Notes under the pieces: generated by a model
Seen by the model: the letters and a program-made list of their open reading frames with translations, nothing else
Told to the model about the DNA's origin: nothing
The model's database searches: none
Part shown: piece after piece, positions 63,552-64,000 of the stretch
Position numbering within the stretch: position 1 is the first letter of the stretch
Layout of the letters: every line of letters starts with the position of its first letter
Translations under genes and position numbers: made by a program
NCBI RefSeq assembly: GCF_963921235.1
Contig: NC_086108.1
Location: 87,484,001-87,548,000 of the forward strand
Origin: Mobula hypostoma
Taxonomy: Eukaryota
DNA length: 64,000 bases
Direction: 5' to 3'

Positions 63552-63625
63552 AACAAATACTGTAGGTCCTATTTTTACAGATACACATTGGTGCATCTGT
63601 AAAAATAGGACCTACAGTATTTGTT
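63552..63625. repeat. 74-nt near-perfect palindrome (31-bp perfect stem)
   Basis: 63552-63582 is the exact reverse complement of 63595-63625, plus cac/gtg pairing and a 4-nt loop. Confidence 0.95.
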
Positions 63626-63669
63626 TCCAAGGGATGACTTGTATACCTGTATGTATATTCTGGAAGCAG

Positions 63670-64000
63670 AACGTGATCAACTCATCCATGCTGACCAATA
63701 TGCTCAACTAAGCTGATGCCATTTGCCCACATCTGGCCTATATTGTAAAGCTTTCCTATCCATGGACTTGTCCAAATGTCTTTTAAATGTTGTTATTGTA
63801 CTAGCCTCAACCACTTTCTCTGGCAGATCATTTCACTTATGCACCCCCCCCCCCCCTTTCTGTGAGGAAGTTTCTCCTCAAATGCCTTTTAAATTCTCAC
63901 TTTAAACATTAATTATTGCTTCTCTTTTCTTCAGAAAAAAAACTGTGCACTCACCTTATCTATGTCCTGCATGATTTTATGTACAACTATAAAGTCACCC
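63670..64000 (-). mobile_element. CR1 3' fragment running off the window
   Basis: tccaaatgtcttttaaatgttgttattgtactagcctcaaccactttctctggcag, a typical CR1 3' region. Confidence 0.65.

Noticed and set aside
1..64000. Prokaryotic-type systems (operons, CRISPR, retrons, defence loci)
   Set aside because: Spliceosomal introns and vertebrate TE content; all RT sequences are explained by LINE or Gypsy elements.

Overview
Eukaryotic vertebrate DNA, most likely from a cartilaginous fish (inferred from HE1-like V-SINEs and the CR1/Rex-Babar/Penelope repertoire; no database search was run). The only host gene I can support is the 3' end of SZT2 (KICSTOR scaffold) on the minus strand. Five coding exons (63225-63347, 48651-49137, 47542-47658, 38114-38182, 36053-36199) have canonical AG/GT sites, splice in frame and end ...[14 protein letters not shown]. 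Most of the rest is degraded, heavily nested transposable elements: many CR1-clade LINEs, Rex-Babar LINEs, one RTE LINE with a 60-bp target-site duplication (TSD), a complete but dead Gypsy LTR element with a tRNA-Trp PBS, a solo LTR, two Tigger/pogo and two hAT non-autonomous elements, and tRNA-derived SINEs. The most distinctive structure is a set of short Penelope-like (PLE) insertions carrying minimal hammerhead ribozyme cores (CUGANGA...GAAACGUC). Two of them are near-perfect fold-backs (101-bp and 274-bp arms) with TSDs and an asymmetric ~33-nt tail, and one of these lies in an SZT2 intron. Almost all ORFs in the supplied track are TE fragments or antisense shadows. Family assignments come from recalled motifs, and boundaries of older elements are approximate.
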